From: Verrucomicrobiales bacterium
GTDB taxonomy: Bacteria; Verrucomicrobiota; Verrucomicrobiia; Limisphaerales; UBA9464
Reading direction: 5' to 3'
Assembly (NCBI GenBank): GCA_027490985.1
Contig: JAIXXC010000180.1
Location: 11,174 to 75,173, forward strand
DNA length: 64,000 nucleotides
In this document: positions 1-9,231 of the stretch, in pieces
Layout of the letters: each line of letters opens with the position of its first letter
Numbering within the stretch: the first letter of the stretch is position 1
The notes under the pieces: generated by a model
Databases searched by the model: none
Told to the model about the DNA's origin: nothing
What the model saw: only the letters and a program-made list of their open reading frames with translations
Translations under genes and position numbers: made by a program

Positions 1-129
1 GACCTGGGGCAACGGTGCTCGTTCGCGACCCCCTTGCTTGCGAGAAGGCCACCGCACCCGGAGGTGCGTTGGCCTGATCTTGGGGCCGACAGTCCCCATC
101 GGCCCGCGGACGGCCGCTATGGGGGAGTG

Positions 130-2874
130 TCAGACGCAGACGCCGTAGCGCTTCTCCGGATCGACCCCGAGCTTCTGGATGGCTTCGGCCACCACGCTCT
201 TGGGCAGGGATCCCTCGGAGGCCAGTTTGTACAGGCACGCGATGGCGGTGCACTCACCGTCGATCTCGAAGAAGCGCCGGAGCACCGGCCGGACTTCGCT
301 GCGGCCGAAGCCGTCGCAGCCGAGGGTCATCAGGCCGCCCGGAATCCACGGAGCGATCTGGTCGGCCACCAGCTTGAGATTGTCGGAAACCGCGATCCAC
401 GGGCCCTGCTGACCTTCGACCGTCTGCTCGAGGTAGCTCTTCCGGGGTGTCTCGGTGGGGTGCAGCATGTTCCACCGCTTGGCCTCTTGGGCTTCGGAGC
501 GGAGACGCTTGAAGCTGGTCACGCTCCAGACGTCGGCGCTCACGCCGTAGGCTTCGAGCAGTTCCTGAGCCTTGAGGGCCTGTTGGAGGATGGCTCCGGA
601 TCCGAGCAGTTGGACCTTGTGCTTCAGGCCCGCCTTGCCCGGCTTGAACTTGTACAGGCCGTTCAGGATGCCCTCGACCACGCCCGGATCGCTGGGCATC
701 GGCGGGTGGGCGTAGTCTTCATTGTGGACGGAGATGTAATAGAAGACGTCTTCGCCGTTGGCGTACATGCGCTTCAGACCATCGCAGACGATGACCGCCA
801 GCTCGTAGCCGAAGGCCGGCTCGTAGGCGTAGAGGTTCGGTACCGAGGCGGCGATGAGGTGGCTGTGGGCGTCTTGATGCTGGAGTCCTTCGCCATTGAG
901 GGTCGTCCGGCCCGAGGTCGCGCCGATCATGAACCCGCGGCAGCGCGAGTCGCCCGCCAGCCAGACCTGATCGCCCACGCGCTGGAACCCGAACATCGAG
1001 TAGTAGATGTAGAACGGGATGGTCGGCACGCCGTAGGTGACGTTGGCCGTACCGGCGGCGATGAAGTCGGCCATGGAGCCGGCTTCGTTGATGCCTTCCT
1101 CGAGGAGTTGACCGTCCTTCTTCTCGATGTAGGGCGTGTTGGCGTTGTCCTCGGTCTTGGTGCCCGGATTGTAGAGCTGGCCCCGAGAACTGTAGATGCC
1201 CACCTGACCGAAGAGACCTTCCATGCCGAAGGTGCGAGCCTCGTCGGGCACGATGGGCACGATGAACTTGCCGATGTTCTTGTCGCGGAGCAGCGAGCCC
1301 AGCAGCAACACATAAGCCTTGGTCGTGGACGCCGAGGAGAGGGCCGTGGCCTGGACCACGTTGCGCAGACCGTCGTCGGTGTGGAGCGGGGTGACCAGTT
1401 TCTGGGCGCGGTCGATGCGGACGGGGTTGAAGCCGTTCAGGGCCTTGCGCCGCTCCAGCAGGTACTGGACCTCGGCGCTGTCTTGCGGCGGGCGGTAGAA
1501 GGGCAGCTCGGCGATGACCTCGTCTTCCAGCGGGATGGAGAAACGCTCGCGGAAGTGGCGGATGTCGCGTTCGGCCAGTTTCTTGAGGCCGTGGGTGGGG
1601 TTCTTGCCCTCACCGGCCTCGCCGGTGCCGTAGCCCTTGACCGTCTTGGCCAGGATGACCGTCGGACGGCCATTGCGCTGGGTGGCCTTGCGGTAGGCCG
1701 CATACACCTTGAGCGGATCGTGGCCGCCGCGGGTGAGCTTCTTGAGCTGGGCGTCGCTGAGGTGGCTGACCAGATCGAGCAGGGCCGGATATTTGCCGAA
1801 GAAGTTCTTCCGGATGTAGGCACCGCTCTCGACCACGTACTGTTGGTATTCGCCATCGACGACCTCGTCCATGCGCTTGGCCAAGAGACCCGTGGTATCT
1901 CGGGCCAGCAGCTCATCCCAGTCGCTGCCCCAGACCACCTTGATGACGTTCCAACCCGCACCGCGGAACTGGCCTTCGAGGTCTTGGATGATCTTGCCAT
2001 TGCCGCGCACCGGTCCGTCGAGGCGTTGCAAGTTGCAGTTGATGACCCAGACGAGGTTGTCGAGGTGTTCGCGGCCGGCCATGCCGATGGCGCCGTGGGT
2101 TTCGGGTTCATCGGACTCGCCGTCGCCGATGAAGGCCCAGATCATGGGGTCGTGATCCTGCGGCACGAGCTTGCGGGCCTGCATGTAGCGGCTGAAGCGG
2201 GCCTGATAGATCGAGTGGATGGGGCCCAGGCCCATCGAGACCGTCGGGAAGATCCAGAAATCCGGCATCAGGAACGGATGCGGGTAGGAGCTCAGGCCCG
2301 GATGGTCCTGCAGCTCCTGACGGAAATTCTTCAGGTGCTGGTCGTTGAGGCGGTACTCCAGATAGGCGCGGGAGTAGTTGCCCGGTGAGGCATGCCCCTG
2401 GAAGTAGATCATGTCGGCGGTCTTGCCGTCGGCCCCGCCGCGGAAGAAGTGGTTGTAGCCCACTTCGTACAGCGTCGCCAGCGAGGCGAAGGTCGCGATG
2501 TGCCCGCCCACGTTGGTGGTCTTGTTGGCCTTGGCGACCATGGCCATGGCGTTCCAGCGCACATGGGCCCGGATCAACCGTTCCATCTCGAGGTCGCCGG
2601 GGTACTCCGGTTGTTCCTCGGGCGGGATGGTGTTGAGGTAGGGCGTCGTGGTGACGTCGGGCACCTCGTAGCCCTGGTTGCGCAGGCCCTGCATCACGCC
2701 AGCGACCAGCTTCCGGGCTTCCTGGGGGGACTTGCCCTCCAGCACCAGGCGCAGCAGGTCCTCCACCGTGGCGCGATGCCGGTCGGAGGCGGTCAGGGGT
2801 CGACCCGAGGAGGTACTTTCGGTGCGCCCGTTGACCGGGGTGGCCGAACCATGGTTGGAACCGGAGGTATTCAA
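130..2874 (-). CDS. aceE: Pyruvate dehydrogenase E1 component (homodimeric AceE type)
   Basis: Track ORF 130..3330(-). AceE motifs: 'YLNTIPPEEQPEYPGD', 'FIGDGESDEPE' (ThDP GDG), 'VINCNLQRLDGPVRGNGK', 'IYYSMFGFQR', 'GRTTLNGEGLQH'. The first ~150 codons of the track ORF are R/P/G-rich and run across the serS terminator, so the true start is internal. I chose TTG 2872-2874 (914 aa); GTG 2764-2766 and ATG 2692-2694 are alternatives. Confidence 0.9.
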   Translation of the reverse strand: MNTSGSNHGSATPVNGRTESTSSGRPLTASDRHRATVEDLLRLVLEGKSPQEARKLVAGVMQGLRNQGYEVPDVTTTPYLNTIPPEEQPEYPGDLEMERLIRAHVRWNAMAMVAKANKTTNVGGHIATFASLATLYEVGYNHFFRGGADGKTADMIYFQGHASPGNYSRAYLEYRLNDQHLKNFRQELQDHPGLSSYPHPFLMPDFWIFPTVSMGLGPIHSIYQARFSRYMQARKLVPQDHDPMIWAFIGDGESDEPETHGAIGMAGREHLDNLVWVINCNLQRLDGPVRGNGKIIQDLEGQFRGAGWNVIKVVWGSDWDELLARDTTGLLAKRMDEVVDGEYQQYVVESGAYIRKNFFGKYPALLDLVSHLSDAQLKKLTRGGHDPLKVYAAYRKATQRNGRPTVILAKTVKGYGTGEAGEGKNPTHGLKKLAERDIRHFRERFSIPLEDEVIAELPFYRPPQDSAEVQYLLERRKALNGFNPVRIDRAQKLVTPLHTDDGLRNVVQATALSSASTTKAYVLLLGSLLRDKNIGKFIVPIVPDEARTFGMEGLFGQVGIYSSRGQLYNPGTKTEDNANTPYIEKKDGQLLEEGINEAGSMADFIAAGTANVTYGVPTIPFYIYYSMFGFQRVGDQVWLAGDSRCRGFMIGATSGRTTLNGEGLQHQDAHSHLIAASVPNLYAYEPAFGYELAVIVCDGLKRMYANGEDVFYYISVHNEDYAHPPMPSDPGVVEGILNGLYKFKPGKAGLKHKVQLLGSGAILQQALKAQELLEAYGVSADVWSVTSFKRLRSEAQEAKRWNMLHPTETPRKSYLEQTVEGQQGPWIAVSDNLKLVADQIAPWIPGGLMTLGCDGFGRSEVRPVLRRFFEIDGECTAIACLYKLASEGSLPKSVVAEAIQKLGVDPEKRYGVCV

Positions 2875-2965
2875 GACTCGTTGACCGGAGCCGAAGCGCC
2901 GGAAGCCCAAAGGTATGCAATTGGCCCCCACTGCCAAGTGCAGGGTTGGCCGTTTCAAAGGAACG

Positions 2966-3014
2966 AATCCAAAGAAGAAGCCGGAAGGGTGGGGGGCGCC
3001 CGCCGCTTCCGGCT
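2966..3014 (-). terminator. Candidate rho-independent terminator downstream of serS
   Basis: On the - strand: 9-bp stem 'AGCCGGAAG'/'CTTCCGGCT' (+ coordinates 2979-2987 / 3006-3014), an 18-nt GC-rich loop, then T-rich 'CTTCTTCTTTGG'. It lies 43 nt after the serS stop. The long loop lowers confidence. Confidence 0.45.
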
Positions 3015-3056
3015 CCGTCTTTGGGGATCGGGGATGCTCGCGGGCGGACCCGGGGC

Positions 3057-4376
3057 TCAGGCCGCGGCCGTCGGGGCCGGGATCACTTCGGCCCGCAGGT
3101 ACGGACGGAGGGGTTCCGGAATGCGGATGCTGCCGTCGGCCTGCTGGTGGGTTTCCACCAAGGCCACGAAGAGCCGCGCGAGCGCGGTGCCCGAGCCGTT
3201 GAGCAGGTGCGGGAACAGGTTCTGGCCGTCGGACTCCCGCTTGAATCGCAGGTTCATGCGCCGCGACTGGTAGTCTTCGCAGTTCGAGCAGCTGGAGACC
3301 TCCAAGTAGGTTCCCTGACCCGGAGCCCACACTTCGATGTCGTAGGTCTTGGCCGAGGCGAAGCCCATGTCGCCGGTGCAGAGGTTGATCACCCGGTAGT
3401 GCAACCCGAGGCGCTGCAGGACCGTCTCGGCGTTCTGGACCATCTTCTCCAGTTCTTCGTAGCCCTGATCAGGATGGACCACCTTGATGAGCTCGACCTT
3501 GTCGAACTGGTGGACCCGGATCATGCCCCGGGTGCCCAGGCCCGCGGCACCGGCTTCGGCCCGGAAGCAGGGCGAATAGGCGCAGTAGCGCACCGGCAGC
3601 TGTTTCTCGGCGAGGATCTCCTCCCGGTGGATGTTCGCCACCGGGGCCTCGGCCGTCGGAAGCAGGTAGAGTTTGCCCATCGTCGAGGTGTCGAGGCCCT
3701 CTTGTACGGCATAGGCCTGATCCCGGAACTTCGGGAATTGTCCGACACCCACCATGCAGTGTTCGCCGATGATGTAGGGCGGGGCCACCTCGGTGTAGCC
3801 GTGCTCCTGAAGATGGAGGTCGAGCAGGAAATTGATGAGTGCCCGTTCGAGGCGGGCTCCCCAACCCGTGTACAGCAGAAAGCCCGAACCGCTGAGCTTG
3901 GCCCCGCGCGCGAAGTCGATCAGGCGGAGCTTCTCGCAGAGTTCCACGTGGTTGAGCGCCTTGAAGTCGAAGGTGGCCTTCTGGCCGTGGACACGGATCT
4001 CCGGATTGTCGGCGGCGTCTTTGCCCAGGGCGACGCTGGCATGGGGCAGGTTGGGGATCATCAGGAGCAGGGCGTCCCGGGCCGACTCGGCCTGCGCTGC
4101 CGTCTTGTCGAGCTCGGCGATGCGATCGCCCAGGGCGCGGACCTCGGCCTTCTTGGACTCGGCCTCCTCGAGGCGCTTCTGCCCTATGAGCCCGCCGATC
4201 TCCTTGGAGGCGCTGTTGCGGCGTGCCTTGAGCGTCTCGGCCTCGGCCAGGGCCGACCGGCGCGATTCATCCAGAGCCAGAACTTCGGTGACCTTGGTTT
4301 CATCGCCGGCGTTCCGGGTGGCCAGGCGCTCCCGGACGAACTCGGTCCGTTCGCGCAACAACTTCATGTCGAGCAT
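3057..4376 (-). CDS. serS: Seryl-tRNA synthetase
   Basis: 439 aa. Starts 'MLDMKLLRE', followed by an N-terminal coiled-coil arm. Class II core motifs include 'FRAEAGAAGLGTRGMIRVHQFDKVE' and 'LNGSGTALARL'. Confidence 0.95.
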   Translation of the reverse strand: MLDMKLLRERTEFVRERLATRNAGDETKVTEVLALDESRRSALAEAETLKARRNSASKEIGGLIGQKRLEEAESKKAEVRALGDRIAELDKTAAQAESARDALLLMIPNLPHASVALGKDAADNPEIRVHGQKATFDFKALNHVELCEKLRLIDFARGAKLSGSGFLLYTGWGARLERALINFLLDLHLQEHGYTEVAPPYIIGEHCMVGVGQFPKFRDQAYAVQEGLDTSTMGKLYLLPTAEAPVANIHREEILAEKQLPVRYCAYSPCFRAEAGAAGLGTRGMIRVHQFDKVELIKVVHPDQGYEELEKMVQNAETVLQRLGLHYRVINLCTGDMGFASAKTYDIEVWAPGQGTYLEVSSCSNCEDYQSRRMNLRFKRESDGQNLFPHLLNGSGTALARLFVALVETHQQADGSIRIPEPLRPYLRAEVIPAPTAAA

Positions 4377-4526
4377 GCCCGCAGGATACGAAAGGCGGGC
4401 CGGGAAGGAGAACGGAATTCCTCGGGCGATTCGGCAAGCCCCACGGCGAGAGCGGGGTCCGGGGCGGTGTCGGGGGGGGGCTCGGGATGGCCGGTCGGGC
4501 CGCTGTGGCCACCATGCCCCCTACTG

Positions 4527-4853
4527 TCAGGCCCGGTCGTAGCGTTCGAACACGGCCAGCGCGTGCCCGGTGTGGATCCGGAATTGGCTGCCCAGAAACC
4601 CGACCTCGGGGCTGCGTTGGCGCCAGTAGAGAACGCTGGTCTTGATGTCGCTGAAGCCTTGGCACCGGGAGAGGTCTTGAACCACCTCGCGGTAATGATC
4701 GCGGTAGGGCCCGCACCAGGGCGACAGCACCGTGCTCCAGAACCGTTGAGAGGGGCTTTGGAGTTCGCGGGCGAGGATTTCCAGGGCCTTTTCGGGGCTG
4801 CAAGCATGGGCCTCGGAGACCCGCTGGACGAAAGATCGGCTCGGTGCTGGCAT
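4527..4853 (-). CDS. Hypothetical protein (about 108 aa, family not recognised)
   Basis: Track ORF 4527..4886(-). Its amino-acid composition is balanced (K, I, F, Y, D, E, W present), unlike the two overlapping R/P/G-rich frames. ATG at 4851-4853 chosen; TTG at 4884-4886 is possible. It lies upstream of serS on the same strand. Confidence 0.5.
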   Translation of the reverse strand: MPAPSRSFVQRVSEAHACSPEKALEILARELQSPSQRFWSTVLSPWCGPYRDHYREVVQDLSRCQGFSDIKTSVLYWRQRSPEVGFLGSQFRIHTGHALAVFERYDRA

Positions 4854-5154
4854 AGTGGACAAATGGCCCCTGGGGCCTATCGGCAAAACTGCGTGAACAC
4901 TTGAGAGAGCTTTCTTTCTCCCGATGAGGAGGCTCCCGATGATCGGACCAATCGGTTCGGGTAATTCCCGATGATTTCTACTTACTCCCTATATCGGGGA
5001 ATGAGCCACGGAAAAAAGTGAGGCTTCAGACAAATAAATTGTAACACCAAAGGCCTCCAATCGCTGGGTTAGCAGCCTGATTCCGCAGAGGGCGCATGGC
5101 TTGAAATCCGGGCTTGCACTCGGCGGACAATTGACGGTGGCTTTCGGGGTTGCC

Positions 5155-5409
5155 ATGGATCAGGAAGCCCCTCCCACACCCCGTGTTCCTCCTCCGTTCG
5201 TCAATGCCACGTCACCGCGGCGACGGCGGTCCGGATGGGTCCACCGCTCCAAGCGCTGGTTCAACAAGATCCCCGACCGGTTGGCCGAGCGGAAGCTCAA
5301 CGGGTATCAGGTCGTGGTGATGGTGCTGGTCTGCTACGCGGTCTACCGCTTTGTCATCCCGATGTTCGACCGGGATTTCGGCGGGGGCGGTGGCGGCGGT
5401 GAAGGTTGA
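5155..5409 (+). CDS. Small hypothetical membrane protein with C-terminal poly-Gly
   Basis: ATG at 5155 inside track ORF 5101..5409. A basic stretch '[16 protein letters not shown]' is followed by one hydrophobic helix '[21 protein letters not shown]' and 'GGGGGGGEG'. No family recognised. Confidence 0.35.
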   Translation: MDQEAPPTPRVPPPFVNATSPRRRRSGWVHRSKRWFNKIPDRLAERKLNGYQVVVMVLVCYAVYRFVIPMFDRDFGGGGGGGEG

Positions 5410-5494
5410 AACCGACCCGGTGGGGTGTTTCGGGGGCGTTTTGGTCTTCCCAGCCCGGGAAGCCTGTCGTTCACTCCCCCCCGTCTTTTCTGAA

Positions 5495-6736
5495 ATGAAA
5501 ATCGTACTCGCTTATTCCGGCGGCCTCGACACCTCGGTGCTGCTCTCCTGGATCAAGGAAACCTACGGCAATGCCGAAATGATCGCCTTCTGCGCCAACA
5601 TCGGCCAGGACGACGAGTTGAAGGGACTCGAGAAGAAGGCCAAGAAGACCGGTGCCTCGAAGATCTACATCGATGATCTCCAGGAGGAGTTCGCTCAGGA
5701 CTTCATCTATCCGATGCTGCGGGCCGGGGCGATCTACGAGGGACAGTACTTTTTGGGCACCAGCATCGCCCGTCCGCTCATCGCCAAGCGCATGGTCGAG
5801 ATCGCCCGGGCCGAGAAGGCCGATGCCATCGCCCATGGTGCGACCGGCAAAGGCAACGACCAGGTGCGCTTCGAGCTCACGGCCGCCGCGCTGGCGCCCG
5901 AGCTGGAGATCATCGCCCCGTGGCGTGATGCCCGCTACCGCAAGGACTTCCCGGGCCGCCAGGAGATGATCGACTACTGCGCTGCCAAGGGGATTCCGGT
6001 GCAGGCCAGCGCCAAGAAGCCCTACTCGATGGACCGGAACCTCCTGCACATTTCGTACGAGGCCGGTATTCTGGAGGATCCCTGGTACGACTCCTTCGAC
6101 CTCAAGAACCGCGACTACTTCACCACGCTGTCGGTGTTGCCGGAAGACGCCCCCGACAAGCCGGAGTACGTGACGCTCGATTTCGTGAAGGGCGATTGCG
6201 TGGCCGTCAACGGCAAGAAGCTCACCCCGCTGCAAGTCATGCGCACGCTGAACAAGATCGGCGGCAAGCACGGCGTCGGCCGCGTCGACATGGTGGAGAA
6301 CCGCTTCGTCGGCATGAAGAGCCGCGGCGTGTACGAGACCCCGGGTGGCAGCATCCTGCACTATGCCCATCGCCAGATGGAAAGCCTGACCATGGACCGC
6401 GAGGTCATGCATCAGCGCGATGCGCTCATCCCGAAGTATGCCGAGTTGGTGTACAATGGCTTCTGGTACGCGCCCGAGCGTCTGGCCCTGCAGGCCTACG
6501 TCGAGGAGAGTCAGAAGAACGTCACCGGCACCGTCCGCGTGAAGCTTTACAAGGGCGGACTCTACGTCGCCGGCCGCAAGAGCCAGTTCAGCATGTACAA
6601 CCCGCACATCGCCACCATGGAGGCCGACCCGACCAAGGCCTACAACCAGGACGATGCCACCGGGTTCATCCGGTTGAACGGACTTCGCCTGCGCGTCAAC
6701 TCGACGGTCAACGGGGCGAAGAACCTCCGGGGCTGA
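5495..6736 (+). CDS. argG: Argininosuccinate synthase
   Basis: Starts at ATG 5495 ('[15 protein letters not shown]', ATP-binding PP-loop). Also '[15 protein letters not shown]' and '[12 protein letters not shown]'. 413 aa. The track ORF start at 5351 is an upstream extension. Confidence 0.95.
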   Translation: MKIVLAYSGGLDTSVLLSWIKETYGNAEMIAFCANIGQDDELKGLEKKAKKTGASKIYIDDLQEEFAQDFIYPMLRAGAIYEGQYFLGTSIARPLIAKRMVEIARAEKADAIAHGATGKGNDQVRFELTAAALAPELEIIAPWRDARYRKDFPGRQEMIDYCAAKGIPVQASAKKPYSMDRNLLHISYEAGILEDPWYDSFDLKNRDYFTTLSVLPEDAPDKPEYVTLDFVKGDCVAVNGKKLTPLQVMRTLNKIGGKHGVGRVDMVENRFVGMKSRGVYETPGGSILHYAHRQMESLTMDREVMHQRDALIPKYAELVYNGFWYAPERLALQAYVEESQKNVTGTVRVKLYKGGLYVAGRKSQFSMYNPHIATMEADPTKAYNQDDATGFIRLNGLRLRVNSTVNGAKNLRG

Positions 6737-7406
6737 CCCGGTGGCCCGCCGCACCGACCGGCGCATCCTGCGGGGTGTTCCAGTTGGTCAGAGCGCGGGC
6801 TTCCCTGGGGTCGAGTTCCCAAGGGGTCATCCAGCCTGATTCCAGGCCTCGGCGGCAGAGTTCCTGCACCGAGGCCTTTTTCGTGGCCAGATGTTCCGCG
6901 GCGATGGGCCCGGCCCAATTGGGGTAGATGGCGGCCAGGGGTTCCAGTCGGCCCTGGTGGACCGGGACACACCCGGTGCGGGGGGCGATCCGTCCCATCA
7001 ACGACCGCAGCCACGCCACCGACAACTCGGGGAGATCGACGGCGACCACGAGAGTCCAGCCCTCGGGGTGGATGGCCTGCGCCCAAGCGATCCCGGCCTC
7101 GATTCCGGCCAGGGGCCCGAGATCGGGGAATCGATCCCTCAGGAGGGGGATGTTGTCGGGGGTGACCGGCAGTGCGGGGCGGTCTTCGGGCCCGGCGGCG
7201 ATGGCGATGCGGTGCAGGCCGGCCCGGCCGAGCAGGTCGAGTTGGCGCAGCAGCAGGGGTTGTCCGTCGACCTCCAGCCAGGCCTTGTCACGCCCCATGC
7301 GGCGGGAGCGGCCTCCGGCAAGAATCAGGCCGCAGAGGATTGGGGCGCCGGGGCTTGGACCGGCGGGCGGGGCCGGACGATCCGGTGGGGCTGGGGCGTC
7401 GATCAC
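6708..7406 (-). CDS. mobA: Molybdenum cofactor guanylyltransferase (MobA-like)
   Basis: '[27 protein letters not shown]' and '[10 protein letters not shown]' are typical of MobA. The start is uncertain. The track ATG 7548-7550 overlaps the divergent fabG ATG and adds a ~70-aa P-rich extension. GTG 7404-7406 chosen; GTG 7440-7442 is an alternative. The 3' end overlaps the argG 3' end by 29 nt (convergent). Confidence 0.7.
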   Translation of the reverse strand: MIDAPAPPDRPAPPAGPSPGAPILCGLILAGGRSRRMGRDKAWLEVDGQPLLLRQLDLLGRAGLHRIAIAAGPEDRPALPVTPDNIPLLRDRFPDLGPLAGIEAGIAWAQAIHPEGWTLVVAVDLPELSVAWLRSLMGRIAPRTGCVPVHQGRLEPLAAIYPNWAGPIAAEHLATKKASVQELCRRGLESGWMTPWELDPREARALTNWNTPQDAPVGAAGHRVSPGGSSPR

Positions 7407-7548
7407 GGAATCGAGGGTTTCCCGTCCGTCAACGCCTGTCACCTGCTCGATGAGGGAGGCCGGATCCGATCGGGGTTCGGGTGTGTCCGCGGGGTTGAAT
7501 GCCGAAGCTCCTTGCCCCGGGCCGGGGTCACGGGTTTTTCTTCCACCC

Positions 7549-8292
7549 ATGTCTCAATTGGAAACTCAAGTGGCGGTGGTGACCGGAGCAGGGCGCGGGA
7601 TCGGTCGGGCCATCGCCCTCCGCTTCGCCCAAGCCGGAGCCGATGTGGTGGTCGTCTCGCGCACGGTCGAAAACTCCGAGAAGACCGCGGCCGAGATCCG
7701 GGCCCTCGGGCGGAAGGCCTGGGCGCTGGCGGTGGATGTCTCGGATCCGGCGGCCATCGCGGCTGCGGCCGAAACGGTGCTCGAACAGGCCGGTCGGGTG
7801 GACATCCTGGTGAACAACGCCGGGGTCACCAAGGATGGCCTGTTGATGCGCATGAGCGAGTCCGACTGGGACACGGTGCTCAACACCAACCTCCGCGGAG
7901 CCTTCCTCTTCACCAAGGCCCTGACCCGCACCTTCCTCAAGCAGCGCTCGGGCCGCATCATCAACCTGGCCAGCGTGATCGGACTCATCGGCAATGCCGG
8001 TCAGGCCAACTATGCCGCCAGCAAGGCGGGGTTGATCGGATTCACCAAGTCGGTGGCCAAGGAGTTCGGTTCCCGCGGGGTCACCTGCAATGCCATCGCT
8101 CCCGGATTCATCGAGACCGACATGACGGCCGCCCTGAACGAGGCCCAGAAGGAGGCGATCCTCAAGCAGATCCCCCTGGGCTCCCTGGGTCAGGCTTCCG
8201 ACATCGCCGAGGCGGCCCTGTACCTCGCCGGTCCTGGGGGGCGCTACATCACCGGCCAGGTGCTGACCGTCGACGGCGGCATGGTGATGTGA
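7549..8292 (+). CDS. fabG: 3-oxoacyl-[ACP] reductase
   Basis: ATG 7549. 'VAVVTGAGRGIGRAIA' (Rossmann TGxxxGIG), 'NNAG', catalytic 'YAASKAG'. 247 aa. Sits beside acpP and fabF. Confidence 0.95.
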   Translation: MSQLETQVAVVTGAGRGIGRAIALRFAQAGADVVVVSRTVENSEKTAAEIRALGRKAWALAVDVSDPAAIAAAAETVLEQAGRVDILVNNAGVTKDGLLMRMSESDWDTVLNTNLRGAFLFTKALTRTFLKQRSGRIINLASVIGLIGNAGQANYAASKAGLIGFTKSVAKEFGSRGVTCNAIAPGFIETDMTAALNEAQKEAILKQIPLGSLGQASDIAEAALYLAGPGGRYITGQVLTVDGGMVM

Positions 8293-8786
8293 GGGCGCCT
8301 GTGCCAGCGCCCGGGCAGGGCCAATTGACGCTCCAGTGGGGTGCTGTCCACCCCGCGGAACCGGAGCCGCAACCCTCGGCCTGGGCGGCCGGCGGCCCGC
8401 CTCGCCCGGAATGGCTCCGGCGCCTGCACCCCGATGACCGGAGACGCGTCGCCAGCCTCGCCTGGGAACGGCGGCCACTGGTGTTTCTGGTGGATGCCAA
8501 GGCCCGATGGACCCTGGTCCGTCCGCGTCTCCCGCTGGCCGGCTTCGATGCGGTGGATTTCCGGGATCAGCCCGACGGGGATTTTCAGATCCTGGCCCCG
8601 TCGGACACCTCGGCCCGGGAGTTGCAGCACCTGTTGCGGTGCCTGCGCGAGACCCGTCCTCCCCGGGCCGCGGCCTGCGAGCGGATCGCCTGGACCGGGC
8701 GCGAGTTGGCCGCACTGGCCCGCTGCGAGGACCTTGCCGGTGCCGGAGTCCATCCGGAAGTGGCGTCCGTGCAGAAAAATTCCTGA
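8289..8786 (+). CDS. Hypothetical protein between fabG and acpP (about 165 aa)
   Basis: This is the 3' third of track ORF 6891..8786. GTG 8289-8291 overlaps the fabG stop (atGTGA). Third-codon positions are strongly G/C-biased in this frame, while the overlapping antisense frames are G/P/R-rich. Sequence includes 'LRRLHPDDRRRVASLAWERRPLVFLVDAKARWTLV...DGDFQILAPSDTSARELQHLLRCLRE'. No family recognised. GTG 8301 or TTG 8325 are possible starts. Confidence 0.45.
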   Translation: MRAPVPAPGQGQLTLQWGAVHPAEPEPQPSAWAAGGPPRPEWLRRLHPDDRRRVASLAWERRPLVFLVDAKARWTLVRPRLPLAGFDAVDFRDQPDGDFQILAPSDTSARELQHLLRCLRETRPPRAAACERIAWTGRELAALARCEDLAGAGVHPEVASVQKNS

Positions 8787-8846
8787 ACGGGCGCTTGACG
8801 GTCGGGTGTCGCAGGCCTAGACAGGCGCCCGAACGAGACATTTACC

Positions 8847-9092
8847 ATGGCTGACAAAACCATCGAGCAGCGGATCAAGGACATCATCATCGAGCAACTG
8901 GGCGTGACCGCCGACCAGGTGACTCCCGAAGCCAAGTTCATCGAGGACTTGGGCGCTGACTCCCTCGACACCGTCGAGTTGGTGATGGCCCTCGAGGAGG
9001 AATTCGGACTGGAAATCCCCGACGACGAGGCTGAGAAGCTCCAGAGCGTGGGCGACGTCATCAAGCACGTCGAAGATTCCCAGGCCAAGTAA
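8847..9092 (+). CDS. acpP: Acyl carrier protein
   Basis: 81 aa. '[20 protein letters not shown]' contains the phosphopantetheine-attachment Ser (DSLD). Confidence 0.97.
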   Translation: MADKTIEQRIKDIIIEQLGVTADQVTPEAKFIEDLGADSLDTVELVMALEEEFGLEIPDDEAEKLQSVGDVIKHVEDSQAK

Positions 9093-9111
9093 CCCTGCAA
9101 CCCTTTCAATC

Positions 9112-9144
9112 AGGGCAGCCCGGCCTCCGGAGCTGCCCTTTTTC
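9112..9144 (+). terminator. Rho-independent terminator after acpP
   Basis: 8-bp stem 'AGGGCAGC'/'GCTGCCCT' (9112-9119 / 9132-9139), 12-nt loop, then TTTTT. Lies 20 nt after the acpP stop. Confidence 0.7.
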
Positions 9145-9231
9145 GTTCCGAACCTTCCGTAAACAGGATCCCACCTTCAGGTTGACGCGCGCTTGTCTGT
9201 GCGTGGCGGGCGGGTAACCTGACCCCGAATT

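Noticed and set aside
34-2388. 784-aa + strand ORF covering most of the aceE locus
   Set aside because: It is antisense to a confidently identified aceE. The translation is dominated by A/G/R/V/L/D with no recognisable motifs. Long stop-free antisense frames are expected at this GC content.
2915-2937. Sigma-54-like 'TTGGCAG...TTGCAT' on the - strand upstream of aceE
   Set aside because: The spacing between the GG and GC elements is about 5 nt too long for the -24/-12 consensus.
2875-3330. N-terminal 150-codon extension of the aceE track ORF
   Set aside because: It is R/P/G-rich, overlaps the serS 3' end and its terminator hairpin, and has no counterpart in AceE proteins.
6891-8288. 5' two-thirds of the 631-aa + strand ORF 6891-8786
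   Set aside because: This part overlaps mobA (antisense) and fabG (out of frame) and is G/R/P-rich. Only the segment downstream of the fabG stop (8289-8786) looks like real coding sequence.
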